A stretch of 63,694 bases of DNA, counting the filler, from Collodictyon triciliatum (lineage: Eukaryota), in assembly GCA_043381765.1 (NCBI GenBank). It is 10 parts of 10 records of this genome, joined end to end, with 100 filler letters (N's around TTAATTAATTAA, not from the genome) between each part and the next. Parts side by side here need not be neighbours in the genome. Positions count along the whole stretch, not along the records: positions 12,769 to 19,050 come from JBHJMP010004580.1; positions 19,151 to 25,431 come from JBHJMP010004581.1; positions 25,532 to 31,819 come from JBHJMP010004582.1; 7 more parts are not named here. One strand, written 5' to 3'. Positions 12,769-25,593 of the stretch are shown here, piece by piece. Positions within the stretch are counted from its first letter, which is position 1; each line of letters opens with the position of its first letter. Made by a program: the position numbers and the translations under genes. The notes below the pieces were generated by a model, which was not told where the DNA came from, ran no database searches, and worked only from the letters and a program-made list of their open reading frames with translations.

Positions 12769-14800
12769 TAACGTTCCACGACAGAACGTTAAAACGCATG
12801 AATAATCTATTGGCTTTTGGAGGCCGTAGCCTCCGGTGGTTGGCCCTCTCCGCTGGAGCTGGGTTGCTCAGAGTGGGATGGTTTACTCGGGGTGTCCTTC
12901 ATTTGGCCGGTGTTATGATTGCTCGCGGTTCGGCCAGGATTTGTCGGATGGTTTTGAGCTTTTGGCTGCAGCCCCTTTGTAGCTGGTGTGTTGGGAGATG
13001 CACTCTGTCGGTCACTAGCAACCCCTCGGTTCCAATTCCCTCTCTCATCCACGCGTTAGGCAGGGCCAACCATGTTTCCGCTTTCATTCTGGCTTGCTTT
13101 CTGGCTCGCTATGTTCGGTGGTGTACTTGACTGATTCACTCTCTTTTCATCGGGCGATGCTTTATCTTCGACGGTTTCGATATTTTTTGGTGCGCCAGTG
13201 ATTGCATGATGAGTAACCGGTGTTTTATAATCGTCTACGTTTCTTTTTCTTTTATTGGAAGGTTTTTCTCGCTGGGGAGTCGCAAGAGTTTCGACAGTAG
13301 GTCTGCTCCCATAAACAGTGCTTGAGGAGTAGTTTGTCGATCCCGAAGCTTCAAGGTGCTCGCTTTCTTCTTCAGCAGAACCTTCTATGATGACGATAAG
13401 TTGGATGGATTGTTGTTCTTTAAATCCCGAGTCTGGGACGTCGCTTCTTATGGATTGCGCAGTACTTGCTGAAGAAAGAGTCTCTTGGGTGGTTCCAGGA
13501 GCCATGACCTCTAAGGAGGTAGGCGGGTGTGGTTTGCTGGGTGCCATTATGCTGTTTCCCGATTCTGTTACCGAGCTGGCTTGAACTTCCCTTTCCTCGG
13601 CGTCCTCTCCATGGTTTAACGGAGAGCTTAGTGAGATATCATCGGCTTGGGGATGTTGGAAATCTTTGAGGTTATCGATGTTTCCTCCACTTTGAAGCCA
13701 TTCCACGATTGATACTGCTTCCTCTGTGTTCACTGGTGAACTTGATGCACTTTCGGAAAAATCGCCTGATGTTTCGTCCATCATTTCGATATCCATTTCT
13801 TGATTTTGGGGCCGCTCTTGAACCTTTGTCTTGATTGAGACTTCGAGCACTTCATCCATGGGTGTCTTGTCACGATTTCTCCTTCTGACATAAGAAGACG
13901 ACGCGTGTTGCCTTTGGCCTTGTTGGTGGGCTCTGGGCTTGTTTTGCCAGACGATTCCTGCACGGTTGGCCAGTCTTTAGCACTGAAGTCGGCTACTTTT
14001 GTGTGGAAGCCTGAGAAGCGAGTGGCGGTGTTTTGTTTGTTGGTGGCCGCCTGATTGGTGGGCATCGGCTTGGCAGTAGTAGCTGTTTTTTTTGTGGTTT
14101 GTGGTTTAACCTTGTGTGTCATACCCTTCTTTGTTGGGGAGAGTTGATGGGATGTCAGACTCTTTGAGGGCGTGTATCTCCACGCGACAGCGTCTGCCAT
14201 GAATGACGACAAAGGGAGGTATTTCCCATTTTTTTCCTGTTCTTTGTCAAATGTAACGAGTGCATCATCCATGCATATTACTCCAGGCTTTGTCCAGCTG
14301 ACTTTGATAAGGTGAAGTATTCGCTGCAGGCTTCGAAAATGTCAGTCCAGTTGACCCCCAGCGGTATGTTAGACAGGTGCGCAACCTTTGTGACAGTTTT
14401 TGGCTGGCATGGGAGTGTATTGGTGATTGAGGAGCTTAAGCGACCCCTCCTTAATGAAGACAGCTGCGTTTTCTTTTCTTGGGAAGGCGATCCGGAGTCC
14501 GAGGGCCGGGCTGTCCATCATAAGTGTCACGTCTTTCTCGTAGCACTTTCGGGCTTCCATTACAGCCCGCAGTTGCTTGCACATATTACTACGGTTTGCG
14601 AAAGAGAGAACCGGCCATTGCTTGCCCCGAAGGCGGACAAAGCAGCAGTCGATTTTGAAGAGTTCGTTTTCAATCGCACTTTTTGATCACGGTACGTCAG
14701 TCACAAATGGTCGATCAGAAACTTTACTTCCCGATGCAAGCTCGACCCTGCACGAGGCTGACTGGCGCCATCATGTCAAACTGTCTAGATGAGTGCGCTG
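12769..14800 (-). mobile_element. 5' part of a LINE (L1/Tx1-like): frameshifted ORF1 and the start of the ORF2 APE endonuclease
   Basis: A long broken ORF1-like frame (pieces 14584-14369, 14272-13781, 13859-13056, 13052-12807) is followed immediately by ATG at 12799 reading MRFNVLSWNV, the canonical APE start (xxSWNVxG). Confidence 0.8.
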
Positions 14801-15138
14801 GTAGCATAATTAAACCAAAGATGAAACCTGCTTATTCCATACTTTAAATACCCTGTGTGTATGATGTCACGATATTTTAGCTTCAAAATTAACAACTTAA
14901 TCACCAAATGCTCACAAGACATGTAATCGAGAAAGAAATATGAAACAACCAGCCATTATACTTTGTGGGCTAGGGTGTACCTTGGCCCTGAAGTCCGGAC
15001 CTCGGGTATGAGACTTGGGTTAGATGTCCATGATAACATTTGTCATTATAATCATGATGAATTTAGTTTCTATTTTGCCGAAAACTGAATTGAAACGAGC
15101 AACAAAATCTGAGAGTACTACACCCAAGAAAAAGATTT

Positions 15139-15195
15139 AGCCAACCAACATCACATTTTCCTCTTTACTTGATTCGAAGCCAACCAATACCACAT
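15139..15195 (-). mobile_element. Family B micro-insertion with 18-bp TSD
   Basis: AGCCAACCAA(C/T)A(T/C)CACAT at 15139-15156 and 15178-15195 flanks the reverse complement of TCGAATCAAGTAAAGAGGAAA. Confidence 0.65.
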
Positions 15196-18100
15196 GAGAG
15201 AATCGGTTTATATTTCATATTGTCTCTGTATCAAGGGCTATCAAGTCAATAGGAAATTGCGGATATCAGATGCATTTTAGGCATCCCTGCTCAATTAAGT
15301 ACATACATTTGAAAATTGGCTACGAGCTTACTGTTCAGAAGAACTAAAAAAATAGGGAAGAGGCACATATGAAAATACATGGATACATATCCATCCAGAA
15401 AATATTCGAAATATAAGCTTTCACTGTGGACAAATAACTTTCCAACTACCAGGCGACTCTTTCTGTCCTTTTTTTGAGAGATAGAAAGAGTAAAGTCAGC
15501 ACCTTCTGAGGAATTTTGCTACCAATATATAATCATTACTCGCACATTTTAATCAAGAAAGTTTTGGTATATGTGTATATGCTGCTTTAAGTTGTCTTTT
15601 ACATATCCATAAATTGTATGGAATTAAAAAAATAAATGACATCCCTTTTTCATCTAATAATTCTGATGGCTCTCAACCAAAAATCTTGCGAATGCCAAAA
15701 AAATCAATTCGAATTTCTATGAAAGAGTACCGTTGGGTCAGATAGAATGATAAATGAAGATGAAATCACAGCCCGCAACTCACTATAGTATAGAGTACAT
15801 CCTTAAAAATGATTTTAATTTACATTCTTTTCTGAATAGACCTAGTAAGGTGCACCAAAGTACAATAGTGTATCACATTTTTTGATTTCCCTTGAAAGAA
15901 GCAGAGAAGCGAGCGAAGGTGGTGGGTGCAATTTATTTTTGGCTTGATTATATCGAATATCTTGAAGGACTGTGCCACATGATATAGTGTGAAAAATAAA
16001 TATTAGACATCTGGTTCTGTCAAACAAAATCTACTCATTTTTCAACCTATCAAAGTCTTCATCTTAACGAGACTCACTCACAGTGTCCACCTGACAGGAG
16101 CATGTTGTTGGTATACTATTTTATGTGTGTGTTTGAAGAGTCTGAGGAGAGATTAATACACAGTTTTATATCTGCATTTTTTAGGGCGTGTTCACAGCAC
16201 TCGCCTTCTGCGTGATAGTGCATGACTTATTTTTCTGATGTCGCGTATTAACCTATATAGAGACCTTGTCGTGATAGTTCACATTCAAATACGTGAGTTT
16301 TGTGGCGCTGTGATTTTTGCTGGAAGTTCTTCCGTATTGGCGCACTGTTTTTAGTCACTTTCATTTTCAGTATGACAAAATATTAGAGGAAATGTTTAAA
16401 AAGGTGCCAGCTTGTATGATTAAAGATATTATTGAGGTCATTAAGATGCGATATTTCTAAAGGTATAAATTGCATCTATTCTGCTGTAAAGATGCAACGA
16501 TTTTATACCCACCAAAAAATACCACCAAGTGGGGAAAACATAAGCTTACTTTAAAGACAGCATACCTATAGCTTTGCATATCTGTATTAAGGCGAATAAA
16601 AATTTCATTGAAATTATCTGATGGCATATTTTTGTCAGCCATTCCAATGAAAATAGGACAGGGACAGTTTGAACAGGTTTTCGGGCTGTATGAGTCATTG
16701 AATAAGGATGTGCGTGAGCGATTCGCACACTATCTGTCTGTTTTATTTCCTCGGTTGACCAATAAAACAGAGAGCGTCTGTCGTGGAATAACATAAAAGA
16801 TACCAAGACGATTACATATTAGTGATGTAATTGTGAACCTAAAAGTGATGAAACTTACGCAGCACTGATTTTGACCGAGACAATCTCAAAAATTCCACAA
16901 ACATCCCACAAATATCTCTCTTCGAACAATTGATTCTTGCTTACAATTTACCATGAATTACTTGGTTTTTAACAGCCTGTATCAATTGAATAGCTCGAGC
17001 GGTGATTAGATAGGTACAGAAAATGAATTAGTTTTACTCAACGATAAAGTTGCGAGTACCAATTAATCAAAAAGAACTAAAATAAGAACTAATATCAACT
17101 ATGTATTTCGAACTCGACTGATGTTGAGTAAAGTAACTCAGAATAGTGATTTAGGGGTATTGTGTCTCTGCAAGCTACAAACTCAGGACGGACTGTTCAA
17201 ACTTTTGTTATTAAAAATATATACTATTAAGAAACTACTATATATGAGTGTTCACATATGCTCTTGAAATAAAAAAATTTCCTGACTCAAAAATATAGGA
17301 AGGAAGTAATATATGTGCCAGGAAAAAGTCTAGAAAAAAATCGATGACATATTCACTACTAATACCAAAGCAACCTTACGGAAGCGCGTTGGAACTCGAT
17401 TTAATCAGAAAACTGCCACTCCTTAGGATAAACCAGAGTTCTGGCCCAACAAGAATCTCGCACCAGATTTGCTTATGCTCAAAATTTTTGCTCGAATTTG
17501 ACCCGCTGATTAAAAATTGAAGGCCTATATCCCGTATCTAACTGAGGGTCGTAGCATGATGAAAAGCCCCGAATGGGACCGCAAGTCAACTTACTTAGAT
17601 TTAAACCTCCTCTTACCTTAAGTGAGCCTCAGAAACTTTAGGTGTAGATGAAATAATATTTAAAATCAGAAAGAGACATGTTACTTCACGTGAATTTACC
17701 TGAAAAAAGTACAACTATGATGTGATGCTGCATACCCAGAACCAAAAAACTTTTACGACACACAAAGGAAATCCTACTACCTTTTGGTCACCAACCAAAC
17801 CGCCAAGGTTTTTGCTATAAACAAAGTCAATCATTTAGTCCTAGAATAACTTCATTAAAGGACCAAAATAGAAGACATCCAACACAAATTGAGGTCGTCA
17901 TGAAAATTAAGTCCATTAATAGCCAACAAAATTGTCCATTAATCGGAAACGTATCTTCGCCTTTGATGGATTAAAGTGAAAAATGCTCTAATAAAGTATG
18001 AAAATCAAAGGCGTGGACTTTCCCATAATGTGGATAAAATTTAATCCCACCCACATCCCACAATCGAACGAAGCTCTAGAAACAAATTTTATCATATAAA

Positions 18101-18668
18101 TGAAAGAAAAAAGAAAAACCTCAATTCTTTAGATCTAACCCAGATTTAAAGACTTAAAAACCACAATAAAAATAACAGAAACTGTAAGGACTTTGGGCGG
18201 TGACAATAGTGTCTCAGAATCCTCTAGGAATTTTGTAAGTTCCCCTGGGGACAAGAATTCTAAAAAATAAAAAGTATATCTCCAGGCTCAACATAACATA
18301 CTTCCAGAAGGAAAGAAGTATCAGTTTGTAAAATTACCGGTCACAAACACAAATTCACAAAATACGGCTCTTCCGCCAACTGTAAAGACAAATAAAATTA
18401 TGTCAGAAATGAAGCTGCTGCACATGAGATAATCACAAGAAGGAACTCATGAATGCAACCCAAAGCGACAGATATAACTGGAAACCACAAAGACTATACT
18501 GAATCCAACAACCATAGTCACACACATATATTGGAAGCAATACAAGATATCAAAATAAAAACGATGGAGTTAGAACACAATGAGGGACAGTCAAAAACAA
18601 TTACCAATTAGCTGGAGCTAGCATCCATCTTGGTGCTTCCTTATCCAGTAATACAATGAGGCTAACTG

Positions 18669-19050
18669 TTTCTTTTTTTTCTAAAAATCTTAGCTGTTGA
18701 GCCTGTCTCAACAATCTTTCATTCAACCATCAGGAAGTAGTTCCAAAGTAGGCGGTGATGTAAGGGAGATAGAAAAAAGAAAAACAGGGATGAAAATAAA
18801 AGGAAAAAAAGGGAAAAGAGAGGTCCTTGAGGCTTGATAAGAGACGCATGGATTTCTTTTGGGGACGCATGATAGTATCCCACGAGTATGTAAAAAAGGA
18901 GCGTGTGATATTGATTGGACGGAGGAGGGGGAATACTACTTTGATGGCGCAAGGTGTCGAAAAGGATGGTGAAAAGAGAAGTGAGGTTCGTTTGATAAGC
19001 ACTAGGTCGAGTGCAAAGAGGACTTCTGCATGGTTGACTCACCTCCTTCC
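18669..19050 (-). mobile_element. LINE 3' end (ORF2 tail, 3'UTR, stem-loop, polyA), family A copy 1
   Basis: The reverse complement is colinear with 48550-48980 and ends in ...CTCAACAGCTAAG...(A)n. Confidence 0.75.
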
Positions 19051-19150
19051 NNNNNNNNNNNNNNNNNNNNNNNNNNNNNNNNNNNNNNNNNNNNTTAATT
19101 AATTAANNNNNNNNNNNNNNNNNNNNNNNNNNNNNNNNNNNNNNNNNNNN

Positions 19151-19246
<96 letters not shown>

Positions 19247-19285
19247 GACGTTAGAAACCATTTTTGTACTTTTTTTCTGACAAAG

Positions 19286-19881
19286 ATGGTTATTCAGGTT
19301 GATGAAACACCCATATGTCCATGTCCAGGCTGCAACAACTCTTTCTTGATCCTCAGAAAAACGAAGCAAACAAAATATATGATAGGTTAACGACCATAAT
19401 AGATTAGAAATGATTGATATCAATTTGTTAAAGTTATTTTGAAAATTTTTGGATTGATTTATTTATATTTCTATTCGTTTATTCTCATTTTATATAAGCA
19501 GTTGTTTAATACTTTAGTTTTTCTTCATATATTTCTTCTATTCACTCGTCATGTCATTCGTTTCCCTAAATGTTAGTGTAATTTTTTGTTTCGTTTTATT
19601 GTTGCTATATTTTTTGACAGAAAAAAACAAATAATTTACATTTTTTTCAAGGACAGCATGTAAGCGACTTAACGTAACTTAATTCTCACCCCTAACCCTA
19701 TGGAACGAAAGCTTGTAAAGGCAGCCCGGAGTGCACCTACCGGTGGTTTTTTCCAGAGGCAGTTATGGAAGCGTCGGTGGACAACTCTACTTGCCCAACC
19801 TGCCAACCGTCTCCACTGCATCATCTTAGATTGGTGTTAAAGCAAACTCTTATCCCGATGTATATTCAGCCATCGGTAAGT

Positions 19882-19946
<65 letters not shown>

Positions 19947-20717
19947 AATTATACCCTATCGAATTTTAATATGTTTATCATATTTGATTAACCTATTTTT
20001 TCTATTTTTTCCATTTTTACCAGCATACTGGCTGCATTGGTGGATGCGATTCAATGATGAAAGAAATCTTTCAGCTCGGTGGCTCGCTTCCTCATCTTTC
20101 AGGCCCTTCCGTGAGGAGCGCCATACCCCACAGAGCCGCACCGCCTTTCCCGTCCAATGCTGGAAACAGTAAAGACAGCACTATCATCGGAAAAATTCTC
20201 AAATGCTCATCAAAACATCCCATCATCTCATCCAAGACATATTGCTTTATTTTCTCTCTATGTCAGATGCAGCGCCCATGCGAAATCCACCTCCGATTCC
20301 ATCGCATCATCACCCCAACCAAAGTTTGCTGATTTTTCTCTCTCATTGGATGAGGCACCATCCCACCATCCCACCATCCCATCATACCATCATCCCATTC
20401 AAAACATACTGCTTTATTTTCTCTCTATGCCAGACGCAGCGCCCATGCGAAATCCACCTCCGATTCCATCGCGCCCTGCAGGCCCGGGCGTGATCCTGGC
20501 CGCACCGCAGACTGCTTCAGCGCAAAGAGCCCGCGCAAGGCCCGTGCCACCAACAACAGCCACGCGAGCAGCAGCAGAGCCTGCAAAGGCAGTGCGAGGC
20601 CGACGCAAAGCGACCGCGAGAGGATCGGAAGGCAACGGCCCGGACGCGGATGCGCAGAAGCCCAAACGGAGGCGAAGCAAAAAAGACGGCGCAGGAGACG
20701 GCGATGCCGATGAATAA
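19286..20717 (+). CDS. TOP3A: DNA topoisomerase III alpha, 3' end (zinc-ribbon region and low-complexity tail), multi-exon
   Basis: Spliced reading PICPCPGCNNSFLILRKTKQTKYMIACKGSPECTYRWFFPEAVMEASVDNSTCPTCQPSPLHHLRLVLK...HTGCIGGCDSMMKEI matches the recalled Top3a C4 zinc region (CMGFPECRSAVWLPDSVLEASRDSSVCPVCQP...CIGGCD). Confidence 0.85.
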
Positions 20718-21182
20718 TGACACTGCAACAAAGCCTCTGCACGGAGAGAATTATAAATGCACAGGCGCCAGGAGGGTGAAAAAAGGAAAAGGAAGGCAGG
20801 TTATCTACACGGAGAAAGCACAGCCTGGATTATCGCGAGCGGCATTTATTGATTCGCGAGCTTGCCAAGCATCTCGCGCAGCACCCGCGAACGCAGCGGA
20901 TTTGCACACGTGTAATAAACAAGAACAGCGAGGAACGGCGGCACGAGAGCGTGGCTTAAAGAGAGGACAAGGAGGCGGAGGCTGCGCAGGAACAGAACAG
21001 AACAGAACAGAACAGAACAGAACGAGAGAGCGAGAGCGGGCGGCTGTGCGACTCTGCAGCTGGGAAGGAGAGAAGCCCCGGCGCACAAACACAGCGCGAC
21101 ACAACAGGCAGCCCACAGCAAGGACTCCGGACTGGATGGCCCAGTGCCGGCCTTGGGCGGGCGATGCGGCGACACAACGAGG

Positions 21183-22319
21183 TCACGTGGGCGCATCGGC
21201 CTGCCTGGCGAGAGTGTCCACCCCACCGGGCAGGCCGTCGTCGAAGTTGTCGGCCACTGAGACGCGGCCACGGCCCGAGGAGGCGTCCGGCCGGGGTTGC
21301 GTGCGATGCAGAGAAGGCAGCGGGGATATCGGCGTGAACACAGGCGGCTCGTGCTTGTCGCGGACCGGCGGCGTGGGCGGCCCCGTTCTGGCCTTTGTGC
21401 TTGGCGCCGAGATGCTGTGGGCCATGCCGCATGCGCGCGGCAAAGAGGCTGGAGGGGACGATGCGCGGGCCATGCAGGTCTGGCTCTGTGTGTGCGCCGG
21501 GGCTGGGATTCGGTGGCGCAGGGCCGAAGGCGTGGCTTCAAACAGAAGGCCCGGTCCGAGTCCGGCGGGTGGCTTCTTGTCCGGCGGGCTCCCTTGTGCC
21601 GCTGCTTCGTGGCTTGTGGGGCTTTGCTCCGTTGCTTTGGCCCGGGGCCTTTTGTGGTGCCCACCTTGAATCTCTGTCTCTGCATCTGCATCTGCATCTG
21701 TACTTGTATCTGTATCTGCATCTGCATCTGCATCTGCATCTGTATTTGCGTCAGCGTTTGCGTCTCTGTGTGCTGGTTCTTGGTCCGCGTTCTGCCGCTG
21801 CTCTGCCCCCGGTGTATCGCCTTCGTCTGGCTTTTCGTCTGTCTGGGGTTGTGTGCTTGTCGTGCGCGTCTTGCTGGCATCGTCTGGTTCCTCATTTTTA
21901 CTCGGCGTGGGCCTTTTATGTTACATTTGATTATGAGGCGTGATGGTAATGTAATTGGATATGCGCTATCTTTTTTTTAAAAATAATAATAATAATAAAA
22001 ATCAATAATAAGTGGCAATGGAGGGAGGGAGGGAGGGAGGTAATAATACGCTGGTTGTTGTAAGGGCTCTGTGTTCTGAGAGCTAGAAGCAGGAGAAAAT
22101 GTCAGTCCCTTGGTCTTTTCTCGCTCCTGTGCTACCTTTTCATTTGGTCCGAAGAAAATCATGAAAATGCTGTGTTATGGTTTCCATATGCCCCTTTTTT
22201 TTTCTATTTTCTATTCTCTATTCTTTATTTTCTATTCTCTATTCTCTTTTTTCTATTTTCTATTCTCTATTCTCTATTCTCTATTCTCTATTCTCTATTC
22301 TCTATTCTCTATTCTCTAT

Positions 22320-22359
<40 letters not shown>

Positions 22360-23572
22360 ATTCTCTATTCTCTTCAGGTACTTGAAGATGGAGATGGAAC
22401 TCACTTGTTGAATCTTGCGAGTGACAGTTGGATATTGCTCGATAAGGTCATCGAAATCAACTTTATGCAGCTAAGCGATGAATTAATTTGTTTGTTTTCT
22501 TCTTTTTAAAATAAATATTACAATTGATGGGAGAATATATTGCCAAGATTTTTAAAATTATTCAGTTGTGGTGATATTATGAACGAATGCAGTTATGAAA
22601 GCGAAATGTATTGTGCACGAAATTACCAGCCGAATGATATGAGGAAGAAGAAATACTTACCACGAATAGCTCACACACTTCAACAGCTTGAGCTGATGCT
22701 GTTCTCATAACGTTGGTGAGGAGGGCAATCTCACCTGGGCAACCATCGCAATATTTCAAAAAAAAATAGAAAAATGAAAACGAAAATGAGTCAAAATTAT
22801 ACGCAGCGTGGGAAAGATGAAGAAAAAAAGTGGGTCATTTTGTGAATGAAAATACAAAAAGACTGCAAAGGAAGTAAGAAGATGAACTCCACTCACCCCA
22901 CTAGAAGGAGAATAGAGTATTTTCCGATAAATAAAAAAAAAATAACCAAAGCTATCATAATAATAACAATAATAATAATTATGGTGTGTAGTTACCAAAG
23001 TAAGAGCCGTCGCCAAGTTCAGCAATAACAGTTTTACAATCTGCACCGAGAATCCTGACTTTCCCACGACCAATAAAATACATTTCGGCTCCTCGCTCCC
23101 TGTGCGCACATATGAGAAAATAAATTGAGTGGCAAACTACGTTTAATTGGGAAGTTGTACAAATGGCCAGATTTCAATCGACGCGGAGTGGGAAAATATC
23201 CAAGAAATAAGATGTTTTTACCCTTGTCGGAATATAAAATCACCCGGCGGACATATCTCTGGTTTGATTTTTAGACACAGTGCGCGAATAAATGCTTCTT
23301 CAGAGTCACGGAATAATGGGACCTTCTGAAGAAGGTTGCGATGGACGTGGGTAGCCACCTCCATTTTTAAGTCGCGTGGGAGGTCCTCCAATATGTCTCT
23401 TTCATCAAGTCCTAGAATGAGTTTTTTTTAAAAAATATATATATTCTTTCATCCATCTTGGAAATAAAATTAGAACGAAAGCATATTACTGAAGAAAATT
23501 GTGTGAGAATAATGATAGCCTGATGAAACTGATAAAATTGTGTGGAGGCCTTTGTAAAAAAAAAAAAAATGC

Positions 23573-23647
<75 letters not shown>

Positions 23648-25361
23648 NNNNNNNNNNNNNNNNNNNNNNNNNNNNNNNNNNNNNNNNNNNNNNNNNNNNN
23701 NNNNNNNNNNNNNNNNNNNNNNNNNNNNNNNNNNNNNNNNNNNNNNNNNNNNNNNNNNNNNNNNNNNNNNNNNNNNNNNNNNNNNNNNNNNNNNNNNNNN
23801 NNNNNNNNNNNNNNNNNNNNNNNNNNNNNNNNNNNNNNNNNNNNNNNNNNNNNNNNNNNNNNNNNNNNNNNNNNNNNNNNNNNNNNNNNNNNNNNNNNNN
23901 NNNNNNNNNNNNNNNNNNNNNNNNNNNNNNNNNNNNNNNNNNNNNNNNNNNNNNNNNNNNNNNNNNNNNNNNNNNNNNNNNNNNNNNNNNNNNNNNNNNN
24001 NNNNNNNNNNNNNNNNNNNNNNNNNNNNNNNNNNNNNNNNNNNNNNNNNNNNNNNNNNNNNNNNNNNNNNNNNNNNNNNNNNNNNNNNNNNNNNNNNNNN
24101 NNNNNNNNNNNNNNNNNNNNNNNNNNNNNNNTTTTGTTTTTGTTTTTGTTTTTGTTTTTGTTTTTGTTTTTGTTTTTGTTTTTGTTTTTGTTTTTGTTTT
24201 TGTTTTTGTTTTTGTTTTTAACATTCAAATAGTTGCATGTGCTTTTTGTACAATCTTGTTTTCTCCTATATAATTACAATCTATTATCGGCTTCATTTCA
24301 ATTTGGTGAATTTCATACCGATTGCTGAATTCATAGACCCAATTATCGATGCGAAGACAAAGAGGGATATCATCACAACGAACAAAGTCAAAACACACTC
24401 AGCATCAGTCTCAGGGCTTAAATTCCCACCGAGTCCTGCCAAGTTTGTGAAGCCCCATGAGAGAGTGCGGAGGTACTTCGAAGTGGGTGACTATTGTTTC
24501 ATTTGCAGTGAGAAAAAAATAACAAGGAATTTCATTATTAGTTTATTATTTTCCGGAAAATATCTACACACGAAGTTGCTTATTTCGAGAGTCGCAGAAA
24601 ATCCATTGTCTTTGAATCCCTATGAAGGATATGCCACAGATATTGTATATGTGGCTTTGTATCAAAAGTGAAAAGCATAACTCAAATGCAACAACCAACA
24701 CAATAGAGCAACAGAAATGATAGATGGGTGAAATTTACTTGGATTCTAGATACATAATACCACGCGCATCCCACCCAATGAGCAATTACCCCAAACTGGG
24801 TACTCATCTGTAACACGCGAGATGTGTTTGATGTGGAAGCCCATATATTTACCTATTTTTTTTATCGATTCTTTCAAACACGGGTATGTTTTGTTAGAAA
24901 AAGAAGAAGGGGAAATTTCAAATAGAATTGAAAGTGACTAGCATGATTATAATCATAGGCCGACCTTGGCCAATCTGAGAAGACGTGTTAATCTTATCAA
25001 TCTAGGGACTCTTAATGGATGGCTGTACTTTGCATTGTTTATAATCAGAGAGAACGGAAAAGATGCAACAATATCGAGAAGAAACCATGAACGAAGATAT
25101 TTCTTTCCAATCGCCCTCCATTCTGTGATTGTCTGTATCAGGCGTAATATAGCGTGAATAAAACCCATTACCAAATACACTCGCAATTTTGTTGATTCAA
25201 ATTAAATAGTTATCAATGTGGCAAATTATAAATCATAGATGTGAAAGCGTAAGTACATCATTTTCATCCACGACAGCAGTCCGAAATATAACGCCTATGT
25301 TAATCATGAAGGAGCAATCTACAAACAGATCCCATACCATCCATCCACCAGTCACGTCAAC
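21183..25361 (-). CDS. Cyclic-nucleotide-gated/CNBD cation channel (6TM + C-linker + CNBD), 5'-truncated, with long disordered C-tail
   Basis: S4 LRVPRLIRLTRLLRLAK, S5 IAHWVGCAWYY, pore YLRTLSWGFTNLAGLGGNLSPETDAE, C-linker ILEDLPRDLKMEV...KVPLFRD, CNBD EMYFIGRGKV...GSYFGEIALL...RTASAQA. Confidence 0.9.
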
Positions 25362-25593
25362 CTGAACCGCATATTGTTAACCAATTAATTATGGTATTGA
25401 ATATATGATTTTCACGGGGGGGGGGGGGGGGNNNNNNNNNNNNNNNNNNNNNNNNNNNNNNNNNNNNNNNNNNNNTTAATTAATTAANNNNNNNNNNNNN
25501 NNNNNNNNNNNNNNNNNNNNNNNNNNNNNNNTATCAATATTTGAAGTATTTTAAAATCTCTTTGATATATAAAATGCCACTTAGATTCATATT

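Noticed and set aside
20650-21980. Multiple long overlapping ORFs on both strands
   Set aside because: They are shadow ORFs of the GC-rich last exon and 3' region of the channel gene.
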